Assembly: GCA_937975235.1 (NCBI GenBank)
Contig: CALJUZ010000064.1
Coordinates: forward strand, 9,306-73,305
Source of the DNA: an uncultured Bacillota bacterium
GTDB lineage: Bacteria; Bacillota; Limnochordia; Limnochordales; ZCTH02-B6
Direction: 5' to 3'
DNA: 64,000 nucleotides
Below are positions 63,918-64,000 of the stretch, piece after piece. Every line of letters starts with the position of its first letter. Position 1 is the stretch's first letter. The notes under the pieces are model-generated. The model searched no databases. It saw only the letters and a list, made by a program, of their open reading frames with translations, and had not been told where the DNA came from. The translations under genes and the position numbers were made by a program.

Positions 63918-64000
63918 TTCTCGCCTCTCTTCTCCTGCAAAACGTGTACCGCTTCGTCCACGCCCACCGTTCGCTCGTCGCCCGACTCCATGTCGCGCAG
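63914..64000 (-). CDS. hisS: histidine--tRNA ligase, 3' end only
   Basis: Reverse frame reads ...LRDMESGDERTVGVDEAVHVLQEKRGEK*, the anticodon-binding-domain tail typical of HisRS. hisS-aspS synteny supports it. The gene enters from the right edge. Confidence 0.7.

Overview
Very GC-rich 64 kb window from an endospore-forming Firmicute (Clostridia-like gene order; compatible with Symbiobacterium, Thermaerobacter or Limnochordia-type genomes, which I cannot verify). About 70 genes are packed on the minus strand and only one (a GH18 hydrolase) is on the plus strand. Many neighbouring genes share 4-nt start/stop overlaps. Order along the minus strand, from high to low coordinates: hisS(3' end)-aspS | 6S-like RNA | rarA | cymR-nifS-mnmA | alaS-ireB-ruvX-DUF1292-mltG | sigK | yqeG | aroK/B-aroQ-pepP-efp | Zn-ribbon protein | spoIIIAA-AH | accB-accC | asp23-amaP-DUF2273-nusB-tsaD-like | xseA-xseB-ispA | about 600 nt structured non-coding gap (OLE RNA candidate) + 4-TM OapA-like protein | tlyA-nadK-argR-recN | spoIVB-spo0A | steA-mctB-like-GT2-GT4 | DinG-like helicase | deacetylase / GH18 | M16 peptidase-dut-secreted beta-barrel-like protein | ylmC | stress protein | dapB | dpaA-dpaB-asd-dapG-dapA | rnj | tepA-ylzJ | sleB-ypeB | ylmE-sepF-proC-yggT-ylmH(5' end). 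No rRNA, tRNA, CRISPR array, transposase, integrase or prophage gene was recognised. The most notable items are: (1) an OLE-RNA/OapA-type locus between ispA and tlyA; (2) a 6S-like RNA with its own promoter and terminator between aspS and rarA; (3) a Spo0A whose phospho-acceptor Asp is replaced by Glu; (4) a signal-peptide protein with an outer-membrane-barrel-like C terminus inside a sporulation neighbourhood. Protein calls rest on my recognition of the supplied ORF translations, and RNA and promoter calls on reading the sequence by eye. No searches were run. The many long ORFs antisense to these genes are treated as high-GC artefacts.
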